64,000 nt of DNA from Ascidiella aspersa (lineage: Eukaryota): the NCBI GenBank assembly GCA_963924565.1, contig OZ004614.1, positions 25,606,001 through 25,670,000 on the forward strand. Reading direction: 5' to 3'. The notes beneath the pieces were generated by a model, which saw only the letters and a list, made by a program, of their open reading frames with translations, was not told the origin of the DNA and made no database searches. The position numbers and the translations under genes are program-made. Below are positions 47,301-60,372 of the stretch, in pieces (positions within the stretch are counted from its first letter, which is position 1; each line of letters begins with the position of its first letter).

Positions 47301-50300
47301 AAGTGCATCGCGCGGCGCAGGGTTATGAGGGTGCGGGTGTTTGAACAGTTGAATGCGAGAGGGATTAGGAGTTGTAGAGCAGCGGGGGTTATTTTAGGAA
47401 TGCCAGGAATGCTCTTGGTTCCCTTATTCTTTAACTGGGGAGCTTGTTTTGGTGAATATTCTTTAGACTTTCTATTTTAATAAAAGCCAGTTATTTATAA
47501 GTTCTTAAGAGAAATAATAATAACATGGTACCTACTTGTATATAAGCTGGACAGTTCTTTCGTGAATATTTTTTAATCAAAGTCAGTCGATTATAATAAT
47601 AAATTTCTCTTAACAACTTTTACGTCAAGCTTAGTATTAATATTTTTGAGGCTAGGATTTTTAAATCCAGGGTTGAAAGTAACAATGGTCCACCGAAACG
47701 TTCAAAATGATATCTACTTCTGTATGGAATTTGATATTCTTATCACGTCCTACTACAACCTCCAACCATTATCCTTCAAAGAGAAATATATATTTTTCTT
47801 GAGAATTTATAAATGACTGACTTTGATTAAGAAATGAAAGTCTAAAGAACATACTTAAACTTATGTTCATTGCCGTCATTTAGGTGTAAGGGTGAGGAGA
47901 TATGTTTAGCGAGTCACATTCAGTGTGACTTATTTCGCTAAAGCTTGTTTGAATATAGCTAGGACGCATAAATTCGAGTAAAACAACTGTTTTTTGTTGC
48001 AACAGCTTGGGAAAACACCACGGAATGCAGGAGCTTAACTGAGCTCAGTGCTTTATAAATCACCTCCTTGTAACGTTAGTTTCGTGTCAGAAGGACTGTA
48101 ATAACAAGGCCTTGTACGCAGCATTTAAACACTCCAAAACAGCGTTTAAGAGCCGAAATTGCGGAACGTGAAAACCGATATTTATATATGGTTAAGCACT
48201 TAGCCAACGGTATACAGCATTGCTTGTAGCAGTTTAACTAGAAACCTTGCACTTGAAATGCTTTACCCGCTGGAAAAGTCAATTGCGCCAATTAGTAAGG
48301 TGGCGATAATTTTAACTTTTACGTTCGCAAATCATCGGTTGTACTCTTGTGAGATTTCTTGGACTTGTCAGCGAGAGTTTTAATAACGTTTCGATTAAAA
48401 GTTGAAGATTTACGACGACGCTTTCGGCTTTTTTCTGGTAAACAGGCCGAAACTAATCGGGCTTCAATGATTGAAGTTTAACAAAATCCATTTAAAAGAT
48501 CCAAAGGCTTTCAAATTCGCCAGGTGCGAATAAATGGGATTAAATTCTAACTTTTCATATCAGGAGTGGCCGTAAGCAGCTAAAAACAACATGACATGAA
48601 AGAAAAAATTTCGCAGTTATTTTAAATAAGATTTATCCATATGACGTGGAAAATCCAAAAACGTATTTTCAATTATTTTTAATGGACCATCTGTTAGAAA
48701 GAAACGTAAGGCAAAATATCCGGATGTTGTATTTTGAGTAAATAAACGTCAAGACCTATAGAAAATTAGGTTATTTTGTAAAAGTAAAATGAACATAGCG
48801 CATATACAAAACTTAAAATCTAATAAAATAAATAAATATTTATTCGACAAGTTCAAAATACCAACTGTACTTCTTGTATGTGCTTTGGTATTCATTCTAC
48901 GTCTAACTACAACCTTCAGCCATTATGCTACAACATCGAAAACACGATTTAATAATGTATTAGATCAAGAACGTGATGTTTTTGGCTTAATTTCTTCATC
49001 AATTCTCCCATTCTCACACGTTAAAGCAACTTTATCAGTCAAAATTCTCGTATCAGTGGTGCATAAAGCAATGCAATCTGGCACCCAATAGGGGGTATCC
49101 GTTTTCCCGCCCTTTAGAAGGGATTTGGCGGGAAGCACGCAGCGCAAATATTTAAGGAAACAAAAAAAGCGGGATTATATCATTCAGCACGTGTTAAGCT
49201 TGCTTATATTACGAGCAACTGCGTGGCCATTTAAGCTTTTAAATCGAAGGGTGCCGTTTGAAGCACTGACCCCAAAACAGATCTTACTGATAAACCTCGA
49301 CACCAAGATTAGTCGCAGTGTAAATATTTAGCCGCGTACTTATTGGTTTTCGGATGCGGACGGCGAAATGTGGATATAGGACGGACACTCAGACTGCCGC
49401 ACATAATAATTGGCCCTTGGTACAAAACTAAGAAACGGAAAACCCGTTTATTAAGATGTTTTAGTAAATGTAGAACGAATATCAAAGTGCATACTGATTC
49501 GATCGGTGGTCTCTTTGTCATGTTGAAAATGAATAAAGTATTATTCGAAAAATTTATGTGTTGTTGTATGTCTAATGGTCTATGTCTAACTATAACCTCC
49601 AGCCATTATGCCCCGAAGATATACATTTCACACATATGAGAGAATCGTCAATATCTAAACACGCACCAAACATTAACTAATGCACGTGTGAGAAAAATAA
49701 TCAATAAAACTCACTTTTCACCATTAGAAAACAACGTTTGTGAACAACGAAATTTCGATTTGATTGAATATAATGGCTTTAAGGGGGATTGTCACGTGCT
49801 ATTTCAACTCACATTCTTTGTCGTTTCTTTATTTTTTTTACGCTTTTATAGTAATGCCGGTGCACAATCACTAAATACCGGTTAAATTTCGGGTTGTCAT
49901 AACTGTGATCGATTTCACAACCTTCCAATGACGCATTCCCGTGTTTGAACAGTGTTGCTGCAATTGCGCGTCAAAACGTGTGAATTCAAGGCAGGAAATA
50001 TGTGTTTTTCGCTTCGCCCGACTGACGCTAAATAAAAGTTTTACGAAATCTGGCATGGCGCGCCATTAAACATGAAAACACAAACCTCAAAACACTCCCT
50101 AAACATGACGTGCCATGGTTTGCACGCTCTAACGCAAATGTAGAGACCAAAGGTACGGGAACTGGGAAAATATGGCAATAAAAACTGTTTTTTTGGAATT
50201 CAAAACCCGCAAAAAACAGGTGCTTTTATAGTTATAGAAACTGGAAAAATGTGACAGAAAAAACTATTCTTGAGAGTTTAAAACCCGCAAAAACAGCTGC

Positions 50301-52069
50301 TTTATAGTTTATAGCACCCAGGTTTGACCGAATATCAATTTGTGGCCTGTTGAACGACGGTATTAGCTACTTGAAAGAAGTTTTCTCACCTGCGTTTTCC
50401 AGATATTCGTTGATGAAACGACGAGTGAGAAATCGAACAACCAAAGCTGTAAAAAATGAACATAAACTAGTAAGTAAGGTGTCACATCGAATGAAATAAA
50501 TCGTCACGCTCATAACCAAAGTGCCTAAGTCATTTTTTTATGGATGGGTAACAAGGAGTGACTTAAGCAAAAAAAAATAAAAATTTGGAAAAAATGACTT
50601 TAGGCAATTTGGTTATAAGCGTGACGAAACACGAAAACGCTACATATATGACGCTGTGTTACCTCAAGTTTGGATAAATTTGATAAAAAATATTTAGGAT
50701 ATTATAAAACTTAAATATTTTTTCTCTAAATTATAATGGCGACTTTTAACAAAATAATATATATCTTGGTTAGAAAAAAGCTGTAATTAGATACATGTTA
50801 ACAACGGTTTAAATTATATTGTTGCTTTTGCGTTATATTTTGTTGTTTACGAAACTTAAATGTAAAAGCGTTTTGTTAAAAAGTGGGATTAAAATGTCAC
50901 GAGATTTATCTAACGTATTTTTTTTAATAAAGTAAAGTGATTTTTGACCAAAAATAGCAAAATGCGACACTTTTAGTGTTTTGTTAGAAATTGTGGTTAT
51001 AAAAATAACGCTATTCAGAAAAAAATGCCATATTGCAAAACAAAGTGTGATGATTTAGAGATAAAAGATCATACTACTCTTTAAGTGACGCTACTTCGGA
51101 ACAGCTACTAAACTGCCGAAGTGACAAGATACTTAGATGCTTAAAAATTGTGATATTTTATGTGGTAAACTAAAAAGCGATACTACTCTTAACAACAAGT
51201 GACGCAACCTTCAACGTAAGAGCAGCTACTAAAAATGTCAAAGCGACAAGGTACTTTATGCTTGACAACATGACAAGTGCGAACAAATGACGTAATCTTC
51301 CAGTGATGCATTGGCGCGAAGTGGCTTCACATGAGTTACATGTGATTAGATCGCGTGGAATGTGCGCTGGTAAATAGAGGCATTGTGAATGGATGGTGAA
51401 TGGCTTGTGGGTAGTTTACATTGGCACATAAGGGCCCAACTCAAGCCACTGTTTTTTAACTTTCTAGTATTGCTAACTACAGGAAAACTTCATTGATTTC
51501 GACCATTTTTAAAACAATTAGCAGTCAGTTTGTTTTAAAGTAGCACTAACTTGATTTTTTTCTTTTTTCTTAGCAATATACTATGTATAAGTTAGTCAGT
51601 GATTTTTCAACTTTTGGTAACTTTTTTAGTAAATCTCAAAGCCCATATAGAAGTAGATGTAACACTTAAAACGCTTCAAATAACATCTGTGGAAAATAAA
51701 AAAGAGATATTCGAAACGTTTAAAATTATACCTTCTTCGCACTCAACTAAAACCTAATATTGGAATAGTGGACAACTGGACATACTTCAGACAATATTTG
51801 TTTTATTTTGTGACCCATTTACCAACTTTTTCTGTTTCACAGCCAACTCGTTTTCAACATTTTTAATCTTGAAGCCCAACTTTTAAAATGTTTTTTTGTT
51901 TTGTGTAATGATTCTCTTGATTTAACCGGCATTACAAAAACCACAGAGATTATCTTTTTAGCAGTAACTCACCTGATTTTCCGACCTTCCGTGGCCCAAC
52001 CACGACCAGTTTGAACTCGCGTAGGTGGTGCGGGTTAAGTGCGGACCGCGGACTTAAGTCCATAACCAT
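34268..52069 (-). CDS. RASL11: RASL11/RERG-family Ras-like GTPase, 5 exons, 473 aa
   Basis: Exons 51973-52069, 50390-50446, 36840-36913, 36467-36621, 34268-35306; 1422 nt, in phase. G1 GPRKVGKS, ALVVRFLTRRFINEY, G3 QDTSDK, RWAEAIMLVYS, G4 NKCD, G5 ESSARE. C-terminal FLQLCR...RARSP...FKR is reminiscent of RASL11; no CAAX. Confidence 0.85.
36467..36621 (-). CDS. RASL11: RASL11-like exon 4
   Basis: GMRLASIDHHFRWAEAIMLVYSTTDPEGF...KEL|gtgagt. Confidence 0.88.
36840..36913 (-). CDS. RASL11: RASL11-like exon 3
   Basis: DMTCNGSASVDGESLRVTIQDTSDK|gtaagt. Confidence 0.88.
41020..41125 (-). mobile_element. Repeat family B copy
   Basis: ATTAA CTGAAGA T GGAAC aagttc GTAAC TAAACGT followed by the same tail (...ggctttt...aagctacattacaaatccgt) as the 670-775 copy. 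Confidence 0.6.
42915..43195 (-). repeat. Tandem cluster of family A copies
   Basis: About three units of ggaggttgcagt..gacg...gaatatcaaagcccatac. Other copies at ~13130, 15435, 30270, 38055-38250, 39775-39920, 40310, 42295, 47695, 48830, 49460-49620, 51635, 52310, 53395-53570, 60390-60610 and 61160. Confidence 0.75.
45112..45592. mobile_element. Degenerate hAT-like MITE
   Basis: cagttttctcaac...aagaaaacactg; TSD-like ctttaaac/ctttagtc. Confidence 0.55.
50390..50446 (-). CDS. RASL11: RASL11-like exon 2
   Basis: ALVVRFLTRRFINEYLENA; phase 1 at both ends. Confidence 0.9.
50501..50627. mobile_element. Short palindromic MITE
   Basis: ~38-bp TIR tcgtcacgctcataaccaaagtgcctaagtcatttttt / aaaaaatgactttaggcaatttggttataagcgtgacga. 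Confidence 0.75.
51973..52069 (-). CDS. RASL11: RASL11-like exon 1 (P-loop)
   Basis: MVMDLSPRSALNPHHLREFKLVVVGPRKVGKS|gtgagt. Confidence 0.88.
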
Positions 52070-54832
52070 CGTTCAGTTCCGCCTTTTGCAAGAACCCACT
52101 ATAATGCTGATTGCGTCCGTGAAAAGCGAAACGCGGTATTTGCAGACGAGAGCAATTAATTGCGAAAATGCCTCTTGTTGATGGTGATTTAACAACGTAT
52201 ATTTACCTAAAAACATACAAACAATGTGTTAGTTTGTTGTGGGTTTTTATATGGCTGCAATTGATATAAATATTTTTTTTTAGTTATCATGACATTAAAA
52301 AAATAATGAAAGAGCAATTCCAGCAATTCACAAAATACTTTTTACTTCTGTATGGGCTTAATACTGTACTACGTCTAACTTCAATCTCCAAACTTCAGCA
52401 TTTGATTCATAATTCCCATTATTTAAAGCTTTCTAGATTTCTAAATAACAACTGGCACTTTATGCCTGTCACACATTTGCTAAAACATTTTTTATTTATT
52501 TATAAACCTTGTTTTTAATATCAAGGTGAATCTTGGAACAACAAAACTAAAAGATTTCGGCCCTCAGAGCCATAAAGTCCTTTATGCTCTTAGTGAAGTT
52601 TCAAGCGATATATTTAATGAGTAATAAAATGTTGAGAAAATGATGTTATCGCAGTTTTTCAACGCATAACACGATCATAGTGTAATTAGAATCGGGATTT
52701 CATTTCAATTTTGTTAAATTCCTATACGCTAGCTGAAGGTAATGAGGGTATGATTAGGTTTGGAAAAACAAACAGGATTTACTGTGAAAACACCAGAGCT
52801 AGATCAAATTGAGCGATGTTTTTAATTTGACCTAACACAAGAAAATAGAAAAACGCGACAAATATAATCCTCAGAAAACGAAATTTGAAAAAAGTATCTT
52901 CGGCCCAAAATGTGTATAAAATAAATTAAAAAGTATACGCGGATTTTAAGTAAAAAAGCGGCATAATTTAGATTTTAGACGAATAGCGTTGGACATCCAT
53001 TGGCTCATTTCCACCAATTACCAGTTCCCAAAGTTCATTTTAATTGCCCAGCACCGGGAACTACTGTTGCCAATTAACCCTTTAATCTGCACAGGGCAGG
53101 AAATGTAAGAGCGGGCAAAATTAACTGGAATTAGATAATCAATCGATGGAGCTAGAAAATCGATCAGCAAGGTATGAAATATGCATAAGCGGACTCCGAA
53201 CAACAAAACAGCTAATGCTACTTAATACACGACCTCTTTACCTTTCCTCCTATGGGACTTTGCCAAGGAAAACAGCAAAGACCTTTGCAAATGGACTTTT
53301 TGGAAGGCATTTAAATGGCCTTTGTCAGATTCGTTAAGGATAAGCGAAGAGCAGGTAATGGGAGTCTTTTGAGTAATGGTTTGGTCATTTTTATCTCGAT
53401 GTTGAAAATGAATAAAATTATATCCGAAATGTTCAAAATATACCTCCTTCTTCTATACGGGTTTAAAATTTTTACTACGTCTAAATACAACATCCAGCCA
53501 TTATCTTAAGATTTTTTTAAAACGTTCAAAATGTTACCTACTTCTATATTGGCTTTGATATTTTCACAAGTTTAAACCTAATATAACTAATATTTCCTAA
53601 CACTGCATTTACAATGCGAAAATCCCTTTAATACTGCATTTTCAACTCTTTCTAATTCAGTTACAATTTTCGAGTCTAAAAACCGCTGCAAAGATTAGTG
53701 CAAACCGGCTTCTGAATTTTGCAACGACCCCTGCAAACAGTTCTATAAAAACTCGGCGTCCGATGTTTTCCAATTAAACGTCCCAATGACGTCATACGCA
53801 TCAGATATTATTTGCTGTGCGTATTTGCGCTGTCCAGAGGCGACCCAGAACGGCTTGAAGTTTGTCATTTGGCGCCCAGACCCAAACCACTGCTGTGTAC
53901 ACAAGGTCGCCAACAGTCCAATTAAAATATCTCGATCAACATTGCGATGGACTTTGAAGCTAAACCCCGGTGAACCCTGAAAATTGCCTTGTAACCTTTT
54001 TTTTTATTCGAAGCCCATTTTTGCAACATTTTTAATATTGTGGACATACTTTTAACAATATTTTATGTTTTGTGACCCAGTTTTACGACCTTTTTTGTTT
54101 CGCGGCCCATTTGTTTTATTTCATTGGTTTAAGCCACACTTTTAACGATCATTTTTTATTTTGCAACCACATTTTCCCAACTTTTTTGGTTTGGCGGCCA
54201 ACTTTTTTTCAACATTTTTAATCTTTAAGCCCAACGTTAACCGATCTTTTTTTTACTATCTGGCTAACTTTTGCTAAAATTATTGCAAAACTCACAATAC
54301 GGTTTGAGGGCAGAAAAAAAACGATCTTAGCACTTGTATATAAAACTGTTTTAATTTCTTAAACAACTATCAAAAAAATTAACAAGTATCGTGGTTTGAT
54401 TCGAGTTTTTTAATCTGTGAACAAAATAATACGCTTTAAAGCTTTAGTTTTAAGGCAAACCCTCCGAATATATCACTTTCGTATAGTTAGAACCAAAATG
54501 CAAGCAACATTTCCACAAATGCCCTTCGCTCTTAACAACACCAGCTTATATAGAGAATCATTTACGCTTAAATTCGATTTTTTTTTCAGAAGCGTGGAAG
54601 CCATCTGGTGAAATATGCAATGCAGCAGGTGCCTGCAGATTGCAGCATTACGTAAAGCATTGCGTAGATTATATTGGATGCGAAAAGTTTGTTAAATGAA
54701 ATCAGTCTTTTTTTTATTACATAAACCAGTCTCGGTAACAATAGGTAAAACTAAACGGCGACCCAATACTGGGTCGCGACCCATGGGTTAAAAAAACGTG
54801 GTTTAACTAAAATAAACACGATCCCCTTAGGG

Positions 54833-55147
54833 CAGTGGTTCTCAACCTGGGTGACGCGCCACTCTAGGGTTTTTTTAACGCTCAAGGGTGCCGAGAGATA
54901 TTTCAAATTCTTTAGGATTTCAATTTTTGCTCTATGGTTAAGCTTCTTGACACAACTTTTATGTACGATAAAATTGCCAAAAACTACAAAAAATTTTAAC
55001 CCTGTAGCACAGTTAGTGTGCTGTTTCAATCTTGTTTATTGTAACGTTACAGTTAAGCACTCAGCGAAAATACGAGCAGGGGTGCAGCGAACTATTTATG
55101 ATTCTGCAGGGTGCCGCAAGCCAAGCAAAAAAGGTTGTGAACCACTG
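54833..55147. mobile_element. hAT/Charlie-like MITE (partial sister copy at 56471-56610)
   Basis: TIR cagtggttctcaacct/aggttgtgaaccactg; TSD ccttaggg/cattaggg. Confidence 0.85.
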
Positions 55148-56783
55148 CATTAGGGCCACGGTTGGGAAAGGCTGGTTTTGTCTGTGGTTATAACCCCTTC
55201 ACTTTATAATCCGCCTGTACAGTGAATAGGTCTTACTTTTGCTTCTAACACTTAATTTCCACTCGAAGTAGCTGATTGATTGAGCGCTTTATATTTGGTT
55301 CATTTCAAGAACCAATTCCGAATGAAGCGAGTAATTACCACGTATCGATTTTTACAACTCATTTGTTCTTGAGAACTACCACATGGTCTTTAAACTTACC
55401 ACACAATCCGGTACACATTTTTTGCTTGATATTTAAGGTATTGGCGTAATTTTTGCTTGATTGTCGGCTATTTTGCACAGGTTTCTTTTGCTAGGCTTCA
55501 AGTTCCGATCTAAACCTTACTTAAGAACCTTTCTTTTTCGTTTGATTATAAAGTAAGTTATATAATCCGGACAAATTACAACACAAATATGACAAATAGG
55601 TCTTATTTGAATATATAACAAAACTACAAACTTGCTTTTTCACTTTAAAATAGACAGTTTTATTCAAAAGTTTCTAAGTTCTCTTTTTTTACTTACGCAT
55701 AAATTGTTTTACATTTTTTGTTAAATTTTGAGATATTTTTATAAATGATTGTTCAACGTTGCCAAAAAACGCCCCCATATAGAGCATAATGTTTACAGTC
55801 CAGTATTATTCTGCACTGCGCCAGACGCACAACGTATTGAAAACAGCAACTTTGAGCGCACAAACGGTTCAAACACAACTTCACAGTAAGTTCTTTATAC
55901 ATTCGGTTTACCGGCATGGAAACTCTAAACATTTAGGTCTGTTACCTTCGGCAAAAAACGCACGTTTAACTACTAGGCGGCTGTCGTAACGCTTTTATCG
56001 CCTCGCCTTAGGATGGAAAGCAATAAATTTAATAACGAAATACGGCAGTTGTTCCCAAATTTTTGTTTTTGCGACGTCTTTGCAAGGTTTGCTGGAATTG
56101 AGATAGGAATTTTACTAATTTTTATGTATTGGTTTGTTTATTATAGCCTTTTTTTCGTTAAACATATTTGTAATGCACGTGTTGGTTAATATTAACATGT
56201 CTTACCGCAATTGAGTTTAGATACCAAACATAATCATTGCGCGACGGCCTTGGAAAATTAAAACGGCGCACCAGGGCGTCGCGACGCACAGTATGGGAAA
56301 CTCTGAAAAGGTTTGGCTTGCTGTACAGATTAGGAGAACCTTGTACAGTCTGACATTTGACACAAATCAGTTTGTGAAGTGCAATAAAAAGAGACACGCA
56401 TGCCTCGGCGAAATAACAAACACAGCCGCACACATTTTGACTGACGTATAAAATGTCCCAGACACTAACGCAGTGGTTCTCAACCAGGATGCGGCCGCAC
56501 TCCGGGGCGCTGTTTTCAACGCTTAAGGGTGACGAGAGATATTTCAAATTCTTTTGGATTTTATTTTTTGCTCTATTGGTAAGCTTCTTGATACAATTTC
56601 TTGTGTACGATCACGAACTATTTATAATTTCTTGGCATCATCTTTTAATGGGAGGCTGATCTTATTTTGTGGCGAAATAAATTATTTTAAAAGACTAGAA
56701 CTTATTAATGATTGACATTGACCAACAAGCTACGCTTTCATAATAACCAAAGGTTTCGCAGAGCACTTGGAAATTACTCAAGG

Positions 56784-56866
56784 CACAAATGCACTGCTTA
56801 AATTCTTTTGCACAAATGCACTGCTTAAATTCTTTTGCACAAATGCACTGCTTAAATTCTTTTCAC
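56784..56866 (+). repeat. 27-bp tandem repeat x3
   Basis: gcacaaatgcactgcttaaattctttt. Confidence 0.9.
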
Positions 56867-57149
56867 ACACGGATTGTTAATAAGTTCCTTTTCTGTCTCG
56901 CCAGATGCCGATTCTTTCTTATGTAACGCGAACCGCAATTTCCTCTGTATGTGAAATTCACAGCGATAGACAATGTAATGGTGATATTTACACAACACAC
57001 CAATAAATTTTCCCATCCTAAGCATGGTGACGGATCTGAAGGTATTTCGCCAACCGACATTCGATTCTTATTTGGTTCACACGTGTAAAAATATCGAATG
57101 CTAAATTCAAAACTGCAAGAGACAGAAATTAGTTCATAGCACCTGTCAA

Positions 57150-57655
57150 CAAGCAATAAATACAGGTTTTGTTGATTCGTATCAAGGTTGCGCAATTTTG
57201 ACATGTATGAATATTTTGCACCTCGCAAAAGTTGAAAAGCATTTTAACGTTCGACATACGACCTGCCTTACAAATTAGCGTAAAAAAGTAAATTCTACAA
57301 ACGCTATGAAACCAAAGGAAATACGCAGCTTGGAATTTTAATATATCTCCGGAAAAATTAAAAAAAAATACACAAAGTCTGATTGCTGGCTAGCTTAGGT
57401 TGCTTTGAGTAATGTGTAAAAATTTTGATCGATATCTTGTTTACTTCCGGAGATATTACACGATGGAATGGGAGCTGCGTGATTCCCTTTGGTTTCATAG
57501 CGTGAGTCGAATTCAACGTTTTACGCTAATTTGTAAGGTAGGTCGTATGTCGAACGTTAATGCTCTTTAACTTTGCGAGGATTGTGGAAAATATTCATAC
57601 ATGTCAAAATTGCGCAACCTTGATACGAATCAACAAAACCTGTATTTATTGCTTG
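57150..57655. mobile_element. Foldback element with ~200-bp inverted arms
   Basis: caagcaataaatacaggttttgttgattcgtatcaaggttgcgc... is mirrored at 57445-57655; spacer ~90 bp. Confidence 0.85.
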
Positions 57656-60245
57656 CTTACATCTACTGTATATTCAAGCATACAACCACCAACAGCATAA
57701 ACACACAAAGCAACTTGAAGGTGTGAGAGTTTACCAAAAGTGAACCGACAACAGCTGAATACTCTGGCAAAGCTAATTCAGGCCAGATACAATTGAAAGA
57801 TCTTAAAATATATGTATATATATATTTCGCAAAGCATCGTCCGTATATCCAAACTCGACTGAATTTTCCTAACTCACATATTCAGTGCAACAAATACAAC
57901 CAATTTTCAATAATCCAACCTCAATTTTCTGTTACAATTCGTCTAACGCTACAATCCGAAAATCCTCATCCATCTTTCGGCACTAATCCTGCTCCAACAA
58001 ATCCCGTTAAGCATTCTGCCAAAAAGTCGGCTAGCGTTTCAATAAAGCTACATTTCAGAAAGCCGTGTAACCCTACAACGCAGCACAGGAAGCCTGTAAA
58101 ACGAGCCCGTGCACTTAAGCCATCAAGTCCGACGAAACTCGAAGTCCAGTTGCTCGTTTTTTGCGCCAGGCGAGTCTGCCTCTGTCTCACAAAGTGCTGG
58201 TTGCTCGAGCGTCAAGTTAGTTTAAAGCGCTTGGAAATGCGAGAAGAAGGACGAAGGCGTCTCTCAAGTTTTTTTGCGCCAAGTCGGTCTTACTTTGTTG
58301 TGTTCCGGTTGGACTTTGACTGTTTTGTTTGTTTGTGTGTTGTTTTTTAGGGGCTTGGCAACAATGGGGTAATTTTGAGATCAAAATTTCACAAAACGCC
58401 CAACCTAAGCGCGGTAGTATATACGTGGAGTTATTTAAAATGCATCAAAATTTTTCGAATTATTTCACAGTATGATACTTATGAAGTAAAACGAACTTCC
58501 AGCCAGTAACATTGGTATGTTTTTACAATACACATCTTTGTCCAAATTTTATTTCTGATTTTACGTGAGCCTAAATAAAATAATTTTTCGAGCGATTTCA
58601 ACAATTTAACACAAAAAATGTTTTGTTCGTAATTTTTATAAAAAAAGTAACAAAAAACCTTTATTATACATTATTTATTAACAGTCTGATTTTTTTTTTG
58701 TAAAAATAAAAATAACGACTTCGATAAAAACCTAAAGTAATTTAGCCAAATGTTTAAATATTTGAACAAGGTTAAATGAGTTAAAAGAAAAAGTATCCCA
58801 TAATAGGGGATATTTGGCATTAAACAAATGTTTTCTGTGTGAAACTAGCGACGGAAAATCGTTTAAACGCTGACAGCAAAACTACTTCGCACAATCGATC
58901 GTAAAAAAGCTTTCAAAAGTGTGAAATCGACAAAACTGAAAACAGTCGTTTAATATACATAAGTGTTGTAAACAAGTGAATTCCAAGTCAAGTCATTTGT
59001 AGAATAACTTTCAGATTTGTAAAATAACTTAAGTCCCAGCCGAGTCATTTAGTAAAAGTATATTCAAAGTCAAGTCCTTATACAAAATTAAACGTTAAAC
59101 TATCAATTTGGTAAACTTGTTCGATTATGAGCAACAACTAAACTAAAAAACAACAAAAACACCACATTTAGTAAGTTGTTTTAACGTGCAAAAATAACTT
59201 TCATAACCCAATTTTATAAAAAAAATGCCTAATGAAAACATTTCTTTTTTATTACAAGTAATTTGTTCAAAAGACTTAAGTCAAGTCAAGTCAATATACC
59301 TAAAAGGATTCAGTCAAGTCATTACAATCACATATGCAGTGAGAATTAGATTGAAGCCAATGTTATTCGTTACAGGATGGGAACTCTTTAGCAGAAAGAG
59401 CGATAAACTTTCCTCACTGCGTTAATCAACAACTTAAATTCAGGGTCTAGTCTTACACGTCTTCACAAAAATCATCGATTAGTCGCAATAGTCACCGATT
59501 TCTTATTTTTATTGATTGTTTTCAAGCATCAGTCTGACAACACGCGTTGTAAAAGTGCTCCTTTACTTAGGAACGCGGCAAGTTCACTGGGAAAGTCCAC
59601 CTTTGACGAAAATTCACACCTTCGTTAAAACGATAACAAATCAATGGCTTTTACAGGGCGGAAAAACAATGTCATTTAGAAATGGGAGAAGAGGTGTTTC
59701 AAGTGTTACGGCTATTTTCAGGGCTGTGTTTTAAGTCCCAATCAAACGCAAGTACGTCTAGGTTTTGTGCGTAGGAGCTCCTTAAGTGTGATATAGTCAC
59801 CTGGCGAGTGGTCATCAGTTCTTGAGACATACTGCGGGAAAATGACCGGTATTAATCACCATTTTATAATGCGTCCTGGTGACCATCAAAGAAATTATTT
59901 TTACAACAGCTTCTTATTGGTCACTTAATTAGGTTCTGGAAAGTTTTTCATTAAAGTAGTAATAAGCTCCATTTAGCCTCGTTATAATGTTGATGTCCAG
60001 TTGTTCGATGAGTCGTATATATTTGAAGTGCACATATGTACACTTTTAAATCTGTAAAAAGTCTACTTTAAAATCTAAAAAAAAATGATTCTCAAAATTA
60101 AAGTAATCGATGTGACTGCAAAGAAAATTACAGTGGGATAAAATAGATATAAAATACACGCTATTTTTTAAAGTTATCTCAATATATTTCTTTTAAAGCT
60201 GTATGGTGACGCAAATTAAAAATTAAGCTAAAGTATAACTTAGGG

Positions 60246-60372
60246 CAGTGGTCGGCAAAAAAAGTTGTAATAAATTTCCTTTACTGAACATTTGTTGTTT
60301 TTCAAGGCCGGTCCGCGACAAAATTTTAGTTTTAAACCGGTCCCGCAGTGCCAAAAAGGTTGCCGACCCCTG
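60246..60372. mobile_element. 127-bp hAT MITE
   Basis: TIR cagtggtcggcaa/ttgccgacccctg; perfect TSD acttaggg. Confidence 0.88.

Noticed and set aside
57793-58350. 185-aa ORF
   Set aside because: It has a TTG start, non-protein-like composition and no homology cues; a promoter or UTR-type sequence is more likely.
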